From Candidatus Omnitrophota bacterium (GTDB lineage: Bacteria; Omnitrophota; Omnitrophia; Omnitrophales; Aquincolibacteriaceae): a stretch of DNA of 64,000 nucleotides. Positions within the stretch are counted from its first letter, which is position 1. Each line of letters begins with the position of its first letter. The DNA is taken from NCBI GenBank assembly GCA_030698625.1, contig JAUYMS010000027.1, positions 103,781 to 167,780 of the forward strand. The letters run 5' to 3'. Positions 1 to 10,200 of this stretch are shown here, one piece after another. Under the pieces are notes generated by a model. It was given only the letters and a program-made list of their open reading frames with translations. It searched no databases and was not told the origin of the DNA. A program made the position numbers and the translations under genes.

Positions 1-180
1 GGGCGAAGCTTTCAAACGGCTTGATACGGCCGGCGTGTTGAACCGGGATCTCGCTCAACATCCCGATCGACTGACTCATCGGCGCTTTCCGCAGCGTGGG
101 CATGATAAGCGCCGCGAAACACCCTGCAATGAGGGCTACAGTCACGATCGATTTTAGTGCCGGGGCGGGGGATTTGATTT

Positions 181-1968
181 TCATTTTTTCACCTTTATGA
201 AATAGCTCTTGAAATAAAACATAATGATAACGCCGGTAACCATGACGATCGTTCCCGCGTACTTTACCGGGATACTGGGATCTCTGCCCACCGAAAAAAT
301 AGACATTTCCGGCCCCCCTTCCGGTTGCAGATATCCCGACTGATAGATGCGAAAACCACGGTGAGCTAGCGGTTCGTTCATCGAAATATTCACATCGCGC
401 ACAATCCCGCGCGAGTCATCCTTAAGCACAACATCACTTTCGTAGCTTGCTGCTTGCTGCGTGCCCGGATCAAACTGCACCCTAAAATCCTTCAACTCAA
501 TTTTGAATCCGAGCGGAATTTTTTTCTGCCCGTAAACGAGATGATAATGGGAGCGGCCCGTATCCATAGCCTCTGAGTAGCCCTGGCCGAGCCAAACAGA
601 TTTCTTCTTACCCTCTTCGGTAATTTCCACTCGTATCGCCAGCATCGCAAGGTCACTTTCTGAGCGGTTCGATACCGGCGTAAAACTGCGGTTTACTTTC
701 GAATGCGGATAATAAGACTTCACCCGGAACTTAAGGTCCATCCATCCGGTTGAAACTTCTTCTCCGACCGTTACTTCACCGGTACGAACTTCGAAACCAT
801 CTTTTACCTGATAGAGCAAGCCTCGCTCGGCATCTTCCACAAAACGAAGCTCATGACTCTCGCCGCGCGAGCCGGTGTTAGGCGTACGGTAAAAAATCTT
901 TGCCCCTGCATCACTTTCGCTCTTGCCATGTATGGTTGAAAAGTCAGGGAAATTCGCAAACGCCGTATGCTCCTCCGCCAACTCGGGCCCGCGCAACAGG
1001 AACTGCACGGCAGGATTAACGCCGTGCGGGGAAGCGGCTTTGCCCACAGGATTCTCCTGCTCTTTGAGTTCGTTTTCGACAACGATGGCATTCCTGAAAA
1101 TCTGTCTGATTTCTACTTGATAAGGCGTCCCTTCAATCTGAAGAACGGCAGGCACCGCAGCCTCGGCATCGACCGGGGTCTGAATACTTTGGGTCTTGAA
1201 TTGAAACTCCAAGTAACCGGTCGCGGGAGCGGCTTCGAGATTTTCCGGGAGAAGTTCATCGGCAAAAACAAGCTGTGCCGGGCCCAGCGAGAGCCTGCTT
1301 CGACCGGGATCGTCTTCAACAAGCCACTGGGTTTGATTGACAAAAGAGTTTTCCAGGTTAATCTCAATCGCGGCTGGTCCTGCATCGGCCTCAACAAGCG
1401 ATTCATCAATGCGTCCTTTCGGAAAGTAATCCGTCAGAGTCGCCGAGAACGTCGCTTCACCCGGTTCCGTCAAGACTTCACGACCGCTCCATGGAAAGGC
1501 GCGCTTTCGAATCGGGAAAAACCAATCCTTCTGTAGGTCTTCGGAATAAACATAGAGCAGGGGCTCCTGCAGCGTGATGTAGGCCTCGGTCTCGCCTTCA
1601 TTAATCGGCATCTGCCCGTCGATCATGAGCTTTTGAGTCATAAGAGAGCCCAGCAAGATAATGATAATGCCGGCATGCGTAATCACAAAGCCGGTATGCC
1701 TGCCCTGCCAGGGGAGGCGATCAAGGGCCGCGGCAGCTACGTTGGTCCCCAAAAGGAGTAAAAAGGCGCTGAACCAGGGGGCTTCATAGATCAGGATTTG
1801 CGCGGTGGAAGCGCCATGCAGGGATTCCAGGATAGTCCCCGTCGCAAGAATGGTCATGAGCACGACGATATTGAAAATCGCCAGCGGTAAAGAAGCGAAA
1901 AACTTGAAGATACGGTAAAGGGAGCGCTGAACCGCTTCCGGCATTAGGGTAGAAAAAGCCGCTTTCAC
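181..1968 (-). CDS. resB: cytochrome c biogenesis protein ResB/Ccs1 (system II)
   Basis: 595 aa. N-terminal TM helices carry the ResB-like motif PWFSAFLLLLGTNVAAAALDRLPW, then a second TM region GFVITHAGIIIILLGSLMT. There is a large periplasmic middle and a C-terminal TM (GTIVMVTGVIIMFYF). The true start may be the internal Met MPEAVQR. Confidence 0.75.
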   Translation of the reverse strand: MKAAFSTLMPEAVQRSLYRIFKFFASLPLAIFNIVVLMTILATGTILESLHGASTAQILIYEAPWFSAFLLLLGTNVAAAALDRLPWQGRHTGFVITHAGIIIILLGSLMTQKLMIDGQMPINEGETEAYITLQEPLLYVYSEDLQKDWFFPIRKRAFPWSGREVLTEPGEATFSATLTDYFPKGRIDESLVEADAGPAAIEINLENSFVNQTQWLVEDDPGRSRLSLGPAQLVFADELLPENLEAAPATGYLEFQFKTQSIQTPVDAEAAVPAVLQIEGTPYQVEIRQIFRNAIVVENELKEQENPVGKAASPHGVNPAVQFLLRGPELAEEHTAFANFPDFSTIHGKSESDAGAKIFYRTPNTGSRGESHELRFVEDAERGLLYQVKDGFEVRTGEVTVGEEVSTGWMDLKFRVKSYYPHSKVNRSFTPVSNRSESDLAMLAIRVEITEEGKKKSVWLGQGYSEAMDTGRSHYHLVYGQKKIPLGFKIELKDFRVQFDPGTQQAASYESDVVLKDDSRGIVRDVNISMNEPLAHRGFRIYQSGYLQPEGGPEMSIFSVGRDPSIPVKYAGTIVMVTGVIIMFYFKSYFIKVKK

Positions 1969-2039
1969 GTACGAGACTCCTAAGATAAGGGCTGATTTAA
2001 ACCGCGGGCTTGCGTAAGTGTCAGTATAGTATTTGGTTC

Positions 2040-2396
2040 CTAATTCTGGAAGAACAATTTAAGCGAGATTCCGACCAAAACCAGGGCCAAAAGGCGTCTC
2101 AAAAGCACGGCATCAAGCTTGAGGGAGAGACCGGAACTGAACCAGGCGCCCGCAATCGCAAATACGGCGACAATCGCTGCCGCTCGCCAGTCTACATTAC
2201 CTGCCCGCATATAACGGCTGAGCGCCATGAGGGTGGTGGGAACAATCACGGCCAGAGACGTGCCAATAGCCGTGTGGATACTGAAACCTCTCACGTAAAC
2301 AAAGAGCGGCACGAAGATCACCCCTCCGCCAATACCAAACATGCCGCTCGTGACCCCGCCCAGAAATCCGATAAGTGCTGTCAGCAGATAGGACAT
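2040..2396 (-). CDS. TauE/SafE (DUF81) family membrane transporter, short form
   Basis: Multi-TM protein with the GIGGGV motif typical of DUF81 sulfite/anion exporters. The track ORF 2040..2489 runs into rnhA in another frame, so I start it at the internal ATG 2394-2396 (MSYLLTALIG..., about 118 aa). The start is uncertain. Confidence 0.45.
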   Translation of the reverse strand: MSYLLTALIGFLGGVTSGMFGIGGGVIFVPLFVYVRGFSIHTAIGTSLAVIVPTTLMALSRYMRAGNVDWRAAAIVAVFAIAGAWFSSGLSLKLDAVLLRRLLALVLVGISLKLFFQN

Positions 2397-2412
2397 TCTG
2401 TTCTCACTTTCT

Positions 2413-2829
2413 CTAGTAACCCGCTCGATTGAGTGCAATGTTAACCAGCTTGTCGACGTAGCGAAGTTTTTCGTGCTCTCGCGGGACATGCTGGATCTTC
2501 ACTTGTTTGTAATGCCCCATCAGCTTCTTGACCTGTTTGAAAAGGGTCAAAATATGCGGTGCCTTGACCCGGTATTTACCGGAAATCTGATTGGCGACGA
2601 GTTGACTATCGACAAAATAATCGATCGTCTCCGCACCAAATTCCTTTGCCAGCTCCAGGCCTACGATGACGGCTGTATACTCCGCCACATTATTCGTCGT
2701 TTCGCCGATGACCTCATGGTGGTCCTTCAGCATTTCATTTTTCTCGTCGCAGATGAGTACGCCTATGGCCGCAGGCCCGGGATTCCCGCGAGCGCCGCCA
2801 TCGGAATAGATATAGAGTTTTTTGGGCAT
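2413..2829 (-). CDS. rnhA: ribonuclease HI
   Basis: 138 aa. Carries the canonical RNase H motifs YSDGGARGNPGPAAIGV, NNVAEYTAVIVGLE and the D/E/D/H/D catalytic-context residues. Confidence 0.85.
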   Translation of the reverse strand: MPKKLYIYSDGGARGNPGPAAIGVLICDEKNEMLKDHHEVIGETTNNVAEYTAVIVGLELAKEFGAETIDYFVDSQLVANQISGKYRVKAPHILTLFKQVKKLMGHYKQVKIQHVPREHEKLRYVDKLVNIALNRAGY

Positions 2830-2957
2830 ATGCGGAGTTTAGGAACAATAGAAATAGGTGTCAACGCAAAAGGAATGAGGAAAGAGGTGAGGGAACTGGG
2901 CCCTGAAACCGGAAAGGCAGTCTTACGATTCCGATCGCGGGACCCAGTTCCGGGTGG

Positions 2958-3101
2958 TTACTTTGCTTTCACGAACCGCATTAGGTACAACAACCCCAGC
3001 ACGAGAAAAATAGGCGTATACGCTGAGAGCGCTGTCCCATAGTGCAATCCGACGACTACACCAATACACAATCCGCCGACCAAATGGTTATCTAGCTTCA
3101 T
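2958..3101 (-). CDS. small hydrophobic membrane protein (47 aa), paralog A
   Basis: MKLDNHLVGGLCIGVVVGLHYGTALSAYTPIFLVLGLLYLMRFVKAK. The start is the internal Met of track ORF 2958..3152. A perfect Shine-Dalgarno (AAAGGAGGTGA) lies 7 nt upstream on the coding strand. It is paralogous to the adjacent 46-aa ORF. Confidence 0.55.
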   Translation of the reverse strand: MKLDNHLVGGLCIGVVVGLHYGTALSAYTPIFLVLGLLYLMRFVKAK

Positions 3102-3192
3102 TGCTCTCACCTCCTTTACTGCTCGATTCAGACATCTCGAAAACCCGAGCAAGATTTAAATCTTTCCACCCAAGCAAAAACGTTCTACGCGC

Positions 3193-3333
3193 TTAGGCAC
3201 GGATGTGCTTAAGGGCCATGATTACCGCGCATAGCACAATCAAAGTCGTGTATGCTACAAACGAAGCGGTAAACTTGAGTCCTAAAGCCAATCCGATAAG
3301 AATCCCTGTTATTAGTTTCTCATCGAATTTCAT
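3193..3333 (-). CDS. small hydrophobic membrane protein (46 aa), paralog B; below the ORF-track length cutoff
   Basis: MKFDEKLITGILIGLALGLKFTASFVAYTTLIVLCAVIMALKHIRA, read from the reverse complement of 3193..3333. A perfect SD (GAAGGAGGTG) lies 6 nt upstream. The shared pattern with paralog A is MK-D--L--G--IG---GL----A--AYT. Confidence 0.5.
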   Translation of the reverse strand: MKFDEKLITGILIGLALGLKFTASFVAYTTLIVLCAVIMALKHIRA

Positions 3334-3536
3334 CTTCGCACCTCCTTCAGCCCCGATGTTTTTCAGGGCAGTCAGTTCATCAAATCTGTTAGTAAGCTAC
3401 TCGGTCGAAAGAACATCCTGTTGCAAAACATAGCAACTTTCTTACCAGCAAAACCCTAGCACAGTAAAATAGGGGCGTCAATACGTTATCGGACGTTGAT
3501 GATCGTAAGTTGCTGCTGCAGAATGGTTTAAGAAAC

Positions 3537-4211
3537 TCAGCTTTTTTTTGGTTCTTGCTGATTTCGGACGTGCTCTTCGAGGCTATCTATTTCCTTCTGT
3601 AGAAAGCGGATGCGGTTCTTCAAGGCCTTCACAGGGTCGGGCAAATCGCCGTGATCGAGGTTTACCTTGGACACTCGACTGCCCTCTTTACGGACAATTA
3701 CGGCCGGTACCCCTACCACGGTGCAGTTATCAGGGACAGAATGAACCACTACGGAGCCTGCCCCAATCTTCACATTGTTTCCAATTTTAATGTTACCAAG
3801 GACTTTTGCACCCGCGCCGACAACCACGTTAGAACCGAGGGTCGGATGCCTCTTACCGCGCGCCGTACCCGTGCCGCCGAGTGTAACACCTTGATACAAC
3901 GTGATGTTTTCACCGGCCTCCGTCGTTTCACCGATGACCACCCCCATACCATGATCAATGAAGAAACCCGGCCCTATGCTGGCCCCGGGATGAATCTCAA
4001 CCCCGGTAAAGAACCGTACCAGCTGGGACATTAGCCGTGGGATAAAGGGGATCCTCAGGCGGTGGAGGAAGTGGTTGATCCGATACCAGAAGACGGCATG
4101 GAACCCGGAATACAGGAGAATGACCTCAAGCACGCCCAGCGGGGTTTGAGCAGCCGGATCGCGTTCAAAGTAAGCCTTAAAGTCTCTATATATGGTATAG
4201 AAGGGATTCAT
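3537..4211 (-). CDS. cysE: serine O-acetyltransferase
   Basis: Short-form CysE: N-terminal [40 protein letters not shown], then hexapeptide-repeat left-handed beta-helix ([26 protein letters not shown]... [26 protein letters not shown]). The track ORF extends to 4412 as an Arg-rich out-of-frame overlap with the giant gene, so I use the ATG at 4209-4211 (224 aa). Confidence 0.8.
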   Translation of the reverse strand: MNPFYTIYRDFKAYFERDPAAQTPLGVLEVILLYSGFHAVFWYRINHFLHRLRIPFIPRLMSQLVRFFTGVEIHPGASIGPGFFIDHGMGVVIGETTEAGENITLYQGVTLGGTGTARGKRHPTLGSNVVVGAGAKVLGNIKIGNNVKIGAGSVVVHSVPDNCTVVGVPAVIVRKEGSRVSKVNLDHGDLPDPVKALKNRIRFLQKEIDSLEEHVRNQQEPKKS

Positions 4212-4260
4212 GGATTCATTATTTCCTTTAATGGGTGCTTTGTCAATGGAAGGGGCTCTT

Positions 4261-7200
4261 TTACGCCATCGTCGAGATGAGTTTGGAGAGTTCGAATTCG
4301 TAGGCAATTTCCAGGGCCAAGTGGGTAATTTCCAGCGACTGCCTCGTAACCCGGACCGTTCCCTGCATTTGCGCCACCAGTTCCTCAAGGAGTTCAGCTT
4401 TAAGACGCTCATGCCTGTCTTTCAGGGCGAGCAGTGAGGTCATAAAAAGCGCGATAGGCATGCCCGACTCCACGCTCACCTGCGAGAGTAACAAGCGATT
4501 GCTATATTGACCCGATAGCTGCTCCTCAGCAACACCCAAAACCATGGCTAGCCCATGATCCCGCAAATAACTTTCCAGTAAAAACTGAGCTGGCTCAGAA
4601 TCGGCTTCAATGATCTTGGCCACACCGGAGGCCTCCAGCGCCTTGGCAAAGGCTACCCAACGTTTGCGCTCATCGGCGGTAAGCAGAACGCGAATATCGC
4701 CAGTCACTTGTAAGGGATGCGCCGCTCTAAGATCGCGAACCATCTCGACATATTGGCGCAATTCACTACGCGCCTTGACGGAATCCGGCATGCGTACGGC
4801 AAACGCGAAATTGAGTTTGTTCTGCGCGTCAGCTGCAAGATGCGACCTCAGCGCTTCTACGATACGTGATATACCAGCATCAATGAAGCTTCGATGTTCT
4901 CCGTCATAATCAGCATGATCCTGGCGAATCTGCCTTTCGGCGCGAAGCAGGGAAACGATTCCGCCGTCGGAACGGGCAAGCAACCAGAGATTCACGTATC
5001 GCGGCTCGCCCATCGCGGCATAAGCAGCCTTCTCAAAACTGTCTAAGCCGCCTGCAACCAAACCCGCGAGACGTCCTGCCAGATCCACTGGCAAGTCGGC
5101 ACGAGCCGCCAGAGCACCCAATACATCATGAGCCACCTCTCGCAGTTCGGAGCGATGGCGGTTGTCGCGCCCACCGCGACGCCGGCCGCGACCGAGGCGT
5201 TCTTCAATCTGTTTTTCTATTTCGCGGTCTTCGGTTATAAATTTTGCGAACTTTCCTACTGTATAACGAACCCACTCGAGGATCTCAGGGTTCCTTCGCG
5301 CTGAGCCAAAGGTCTCACGGTCCCAAATCCAAATCTCATAATCCTTCGGACGGCCCGTTTTGACATTGCGGCGTTTCCAGCCGTCGATCTTGCGCGCGAG
5401 GAAGCCCAACACCCCTGTTTTCTTCTCGTCGACCACCCATCTCTTCTCCTGACGTTTCCATACATTGGAACGGACCCAAGAATGAATCACCGCCTTATAT
5501 TCGTGACCGATGGAAGAATCGACGGTGGTAACGGTAAAGACGCCTTCGTCAAGCGCTTCGGTGGTTACGAATCTTTCACCGAGCTTCAGGTAGCGGCGCA
5601 AGTCCTGTGCCGCACGCACGTTGCGCCACTTGCGCAAGGACTGAATCTGTTCACCGACCCGGTCGCGCCACACATATTGGTAAAGCGCCTCTGAGCGCAG
5701 CGCGGTCTCGATCTGAGCAATCATGTCATCGTCGAGCTTCGCCTCTCCGTCGATGACCTGCTGTGTCCACTCATGGATCTTAGCCAATTCGTAAAGCGTT
5801 TCGGTGACGATCGCAATCTGGCGGCGGTACGGCGTCACCACTGCGATGTCTTTGGCCTCAAGCTTTTCGTAAAGGAATCGCCACTCGCCTTTATCGCCTT
5901 TCACATAGCGTTTCACTTTTCCGTTCATCAGCTCGTTGACCCAGTGGACCACACGGTTGGCCTCGACAAAATTACCGCCGGTAAACTCCCTACGATCACC
6001 GCGCGGAGCCGCTTTCGTCTCTTCCGGAGCACGGCCGTTGGTGTTATCTTCGATCACCACCCCCGGATCGTCACGTCCCGGAACGAGCTTGCCGTTATAG
6101 AAGTAGTTATTCACATCCACGATCCTATAGCCGGATCTGCGCTGAATATCGAAGAAGTGGAAGCTCGGTCTCGTAAGCTTGAAGATCTCGTCTTGAGGAT
6201 CACCCTCAAAATAGATCTCCAGTGCCCGCTCCAGGAGCGAGATGCGGAAATTGTCGACACGCTTTTGCGCGAAGACTCCTTCGCGGACATTCCGCCGCAA
6301 CGTAACCCGGCCGAAGTCGGCCTTGATCTCTTTAAAATCGGGCCCCAGTTCGCGCAGCGCCTTGTCGATATCGCCCTCGTTGTCGCCATCACTGATCCCA
6401 TAAGCCGGAAGCTGATTGTGGTCACCCACGAGCACCACCATTTCCAGATTGGGCAGATTATCCATCAATTGCAGGGCCTCGGCGAGTGTGGCGCGACTCC
6501 CTTCGTCGATAATCAGGATGCGCACCTCGTCGAGCAAAATCGGGTGGCTCAAAAGATCATGATCCTGTAGAGCGCCGTTAACTGTTCCGACTAGGACAAA
6601 CCCCTTGCCGCCCTTCTTGTCGGGAGGCGTCGCCGCCGCGGTCCGCTGGCGGTCCTTACTCGCCTGCACCGTGGCGCTCAGCTCTTTGAGCTTTTCGGCC
6701 TTCTTTTCCCAGTTGGCGCGAATTTCCGGATTCTCGATCGCCTGGTCACTGTTACCGATGCGCACGAAGGCAACCTCTTTGGGCAAACGTTCGATGGCAT
6801 TGTCCAAAGCTTGATTCTGCTGCGCTGCCACCAGCACATTTTGATTGCTATCGTAGAGCATCTTTACAAGCAGTGAGATGACATGGGTCTTTCCCGTTCC
6901 GCCCGGTCCTTGCACATAAACCACGGGGATTTCAGTATTGAGGAGTTCCACCACGGCCTCGCGCTGCGGCGGATCCAGCTCGTGATCCATCTCTTTTTCA
7001 AGAAGTTCGAGCCAGGCGCGGTTACGATCATTCTGCCGTCTCTTTTCTTCTGCGCCGGCAGCGCTCGGGATGTCGACACGAATTCCCAGGGCCCGGTCCA
7101 CGACCGTCTTTCCAGTCGTCGCAAGCGGGCCCGCATTTCCATCAATCTCAATGACGGACCGGGATGATTCAATAAGTTTCCGAATCATCCCGCGCAGCGT

Positions 7201-10200
7201 TTTGGCCTGCCGCTCCCAACCGTCATTGCGCATACGCGTCATAATGCCGGCACGGCCCATCCGCTCAAGCTTATTGACAAGCTCGTCGCGGCCCTCATGC
7301 GTCTTCGGAAGCTCAAAGACAACTTTTTTCGGCTCTACCGTCTTGACCCGGAACATGAGCGGCAGTTCTTCATCGTCGGTCGGATGACGGAAAGTGAAAC
7401 TATCGCCCGGGAGAATCACTTCTTTTAAATTAGCGGCCACAAGCTGATCCACCAGAAAACCGGTTACCGTAAACGTTGTGCGGTCTACGGTGAGGCGGTC
7501 AAACGGGAATTCGAATTCTACAGGGAGGTCTTTCGCACGGCGGCGCCGATGCTCATTGTCGTCGCGAAGCCTCTGAGCTTCGGCCATCGTTCTCACAATA
7601 AAATAGTCATCGATCATTTTCGGCAGCCACAAGCTTGCTACGGCCTGCGAAATAATCTCCTGCGCTTTCTTGAGGACGGCCTGCGACGGCCCGTTGTGGA
7701 CCGACAGTTCAATGACAAGCCGAGCCATCTGAATCGCTTCCTCGACAAGCACCTCATGCTGGCGCTCCTGCCGTTCATCGGCAGAACCAAGGTCGACAAG
7801 AATCCTCTGCTGACTCTGATTCAGCTGGAAAGCGTTTTCATCAGGTAAATTCGAAACAGCCTCGACGGCCCCATCAAAGGCTGCCTTGGCCTTCGTGAGC
7901 AGGAGGTTGAAGGTCCCTTCGCTTTCTTCCGGATAGGAGACCAGATGCACCGCAGCGCGGTAGGTTTCGCGAAGGTCGCCGTTGACTTCGATGACGGCAC
8001 GCAGTCTTCGGGCATTGCGTTCATGCTCGGCAATTTCGTCTGCCAGGTCTTTGATTTCGTCCTGAGCACGGGCCACACTTACGGCCCACGCATCTTCGAG
8101 GTCGCCGATTGCTTTGTCATACAGCCTGCGCGCGGCACGGAAGCGCTTAGTGCTGAGATTCCCTTTCACCTGACTCATGAGGTGTTGATAGGTCTTAATG
8201 CTGGTAATAGCGGCGCTCACTTTCTTGTCTTCACCGAATTTCAGATTTTTCTCCAGAACCTCAATCGAGCCTGTAATGGATTCGCGTTTGCCGGACGCGA
8301 TACGAATCGCGGTTCCCCGGATGAGATTGCTATAGAACTTATATCTCTGGGCATTAGGATCCCCGGGATTTAGTTCTTCGAGCTCTTTGGCCAGCTGGGC
8401 GATAGTCTCGTACTCATTCGGTGAGAGGGAGTCCCCGTATCCCTTGCGGATGCGTTGGAAGAGGTCTGCGGCTTGCGCGATTTTTGCTTTGAGCGCATTC
8501 AGCCGACCGCGTACTTCATCAAATTCTTTCGCCTTCGCTCCCTCGATACCGGCCCTCACGGAATTTTCGGCCCCTTTATAATCACCGGCGACGAGCAAGC
8601 GTTTTGCATCCTCGAGAAAATCCACCGGCCGCACCTTGCTCTGCAATGTCGGCAAAATTTCTTTCTGGATGCGCCGGCTAGCCTGGCCGCTTAAGCCCCG
8701 TTCAATCCTCTGCGCCAAGTTATAAACGGTGGCTGCGTGTTCCCGGTCGATGTTGTCTGCCAGCCACTTAAGCAAGATGTAGCTGGCATCGCCCTTCCAC
8801 TCTCCTTCGTTCTTCAGAAAATCTTCGAAATAGGCCGTAAGCCGTTGGCGGGTTAGCTCCGGGGCCATGAGTTCCAAGCGATATAGGATTTCTTTCAACT
8901 GTGCGCCGGTAAGCCTCTCGAACCCGGGGCCGGTCAAAAGATCCAAGTGACTTTCGATCAGGAGATTCTGAAAATCTTCGGGAATCGTCAGAAAGACTCG
9001 GGCAATATTTTTATTCGTAAGAAAGTTATTTGCCTTCGCCTGCTTCTTTTTCCCTTTCGTTTCCTGCGGCAGTGTCTTTTTCAGTTCCGCGCGGCCTTCA
9101 TCGAAGCTGCCTTGTGACCAATACACTATCGTAAAGGCCGCCTCGACAGAAAAATTGGAATCGATCTCGAGCTCGGAAAAGCGTTCGCGCGCGCGTGTTA
9201 AGGTCTTGAGCGCCTCTGCCGGGTTACCGGCGCTTAAGGCTGCGACGGCGCGGTGGAATTCGGCATTCGCATGCATCGCCGCCTTCCGCTTCTCATCCCC
9301 TTCATGTCCGGCGGCTGTCTGATAGATACCGAGCAACTCCTGCGCTTTCGCTCGGGCACGCTCCGGCAGATCCCCCTCGCCTTCGGCAAAGCTCGCTAAA
9401 ATTTCCATAAGCCCGGCGCCCCGCAGGACAACCATATCGCTTACTCCTTCGTAATCAAAATCAAGCATCTCGGTCGTTGCCTTTAGAAACGTCTCATCAT
9501 CCCTGACGGCCCAGGCAATTGTGGCTATGGACAACAGAAAGAATTTATTGCTCTGATAAAATTCGTCGCCCATGGCAAGCCTCAAGAACTTCGAGATTGT
9601 CCCTCTTAAGCCTGCCAGCTCCGAATCCCCCAGGTGAAGCGTATGCAGCCAGCTCCCGCTATTGAAGGCCTCAAACATCATTTCGTAGAGCTCGGCATTA
9701 GCCGCATGCCCTTCTTCGCGATGGCGCTCGAGGTACGCGAGGCCCCGGCCGAAGCGCTGGCCCCACAACTGAATCTCACTTTTCGCGTCCTCAATCTTTC
9801 CGTCACGCAGTTTTCCGTACACAGTCCGGTTCAAATGCTGCAAGGATGATGCCGCCAATACGTCCCCTTGATCCTGACCCATCCGGGGCATATGCGTCGC
9901 CACCGCTCTGAGGATCTTCTTATTGACCTCCAACTCGATGTCTTCTTCGTCGGCAATTGCCGCGAGTTCGGCCAAATTTTGGTAGAAGAAGAATATCAAC
10001 AGGCTCTCTTCGTGTTCGGAGAGCAACTGACGATACTGTTTGATGCCGCCTCTGAGGAAGCTCGTGAGGTTCCTCCGGAATGTTTGATAACGCTCACCCC
10101 CTTCGCCTTTTAGATATCTGCTCTCGTTGATAAGGAGTTTCAAGAAACGCGTATAAAAGGCAATGTCTAGAATGGCATTGATGCCTGTCCGTTGGCTAAA

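Noticed and set aside
1-103. Possible 5' end of another minus-strand CDS at the left edge (ATG at 101-103, open to position 1; MPTLRKAPMSQSIGMLSEIPVQHAGRIKPFESFA...)
   Set aside because: Only 34 codons are visible, with no SD and no recognisable motif. A ccsA/resC-type gene would be expected after resB, but this fragment is not hydrophobic. There is too little sequence to support a call.
804-1536. ORFs 804..1091 (-), 923..1120 (+), 967..1536 (+), 1113..1409 (-) inside resB
   Set aside because: They are frame shadows of the resB coding region with Arg/Pro-rich, low-complexity translations.
2830-3536. Plus-strand ORFs 2473..3042 and 3203..3433 in the rnhA-cysE interval
   Set aside because: They lie antisense to rnhA and to the small membrane-protein genes. 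They have no RBS and no motifs, whereas the minus-strand mini-ORFs have perfect SDs.
3537-4412. Long form of the cysE ORF (291 aa starting at 4412)
   Set aside because: The first about 65 codons overlap the 3' end of the giant gene in another frame and translate to an Arg/Trp-rich sequence with no SAT N-domain similarity. The ATG at 4211 gives a canonical short CysE.
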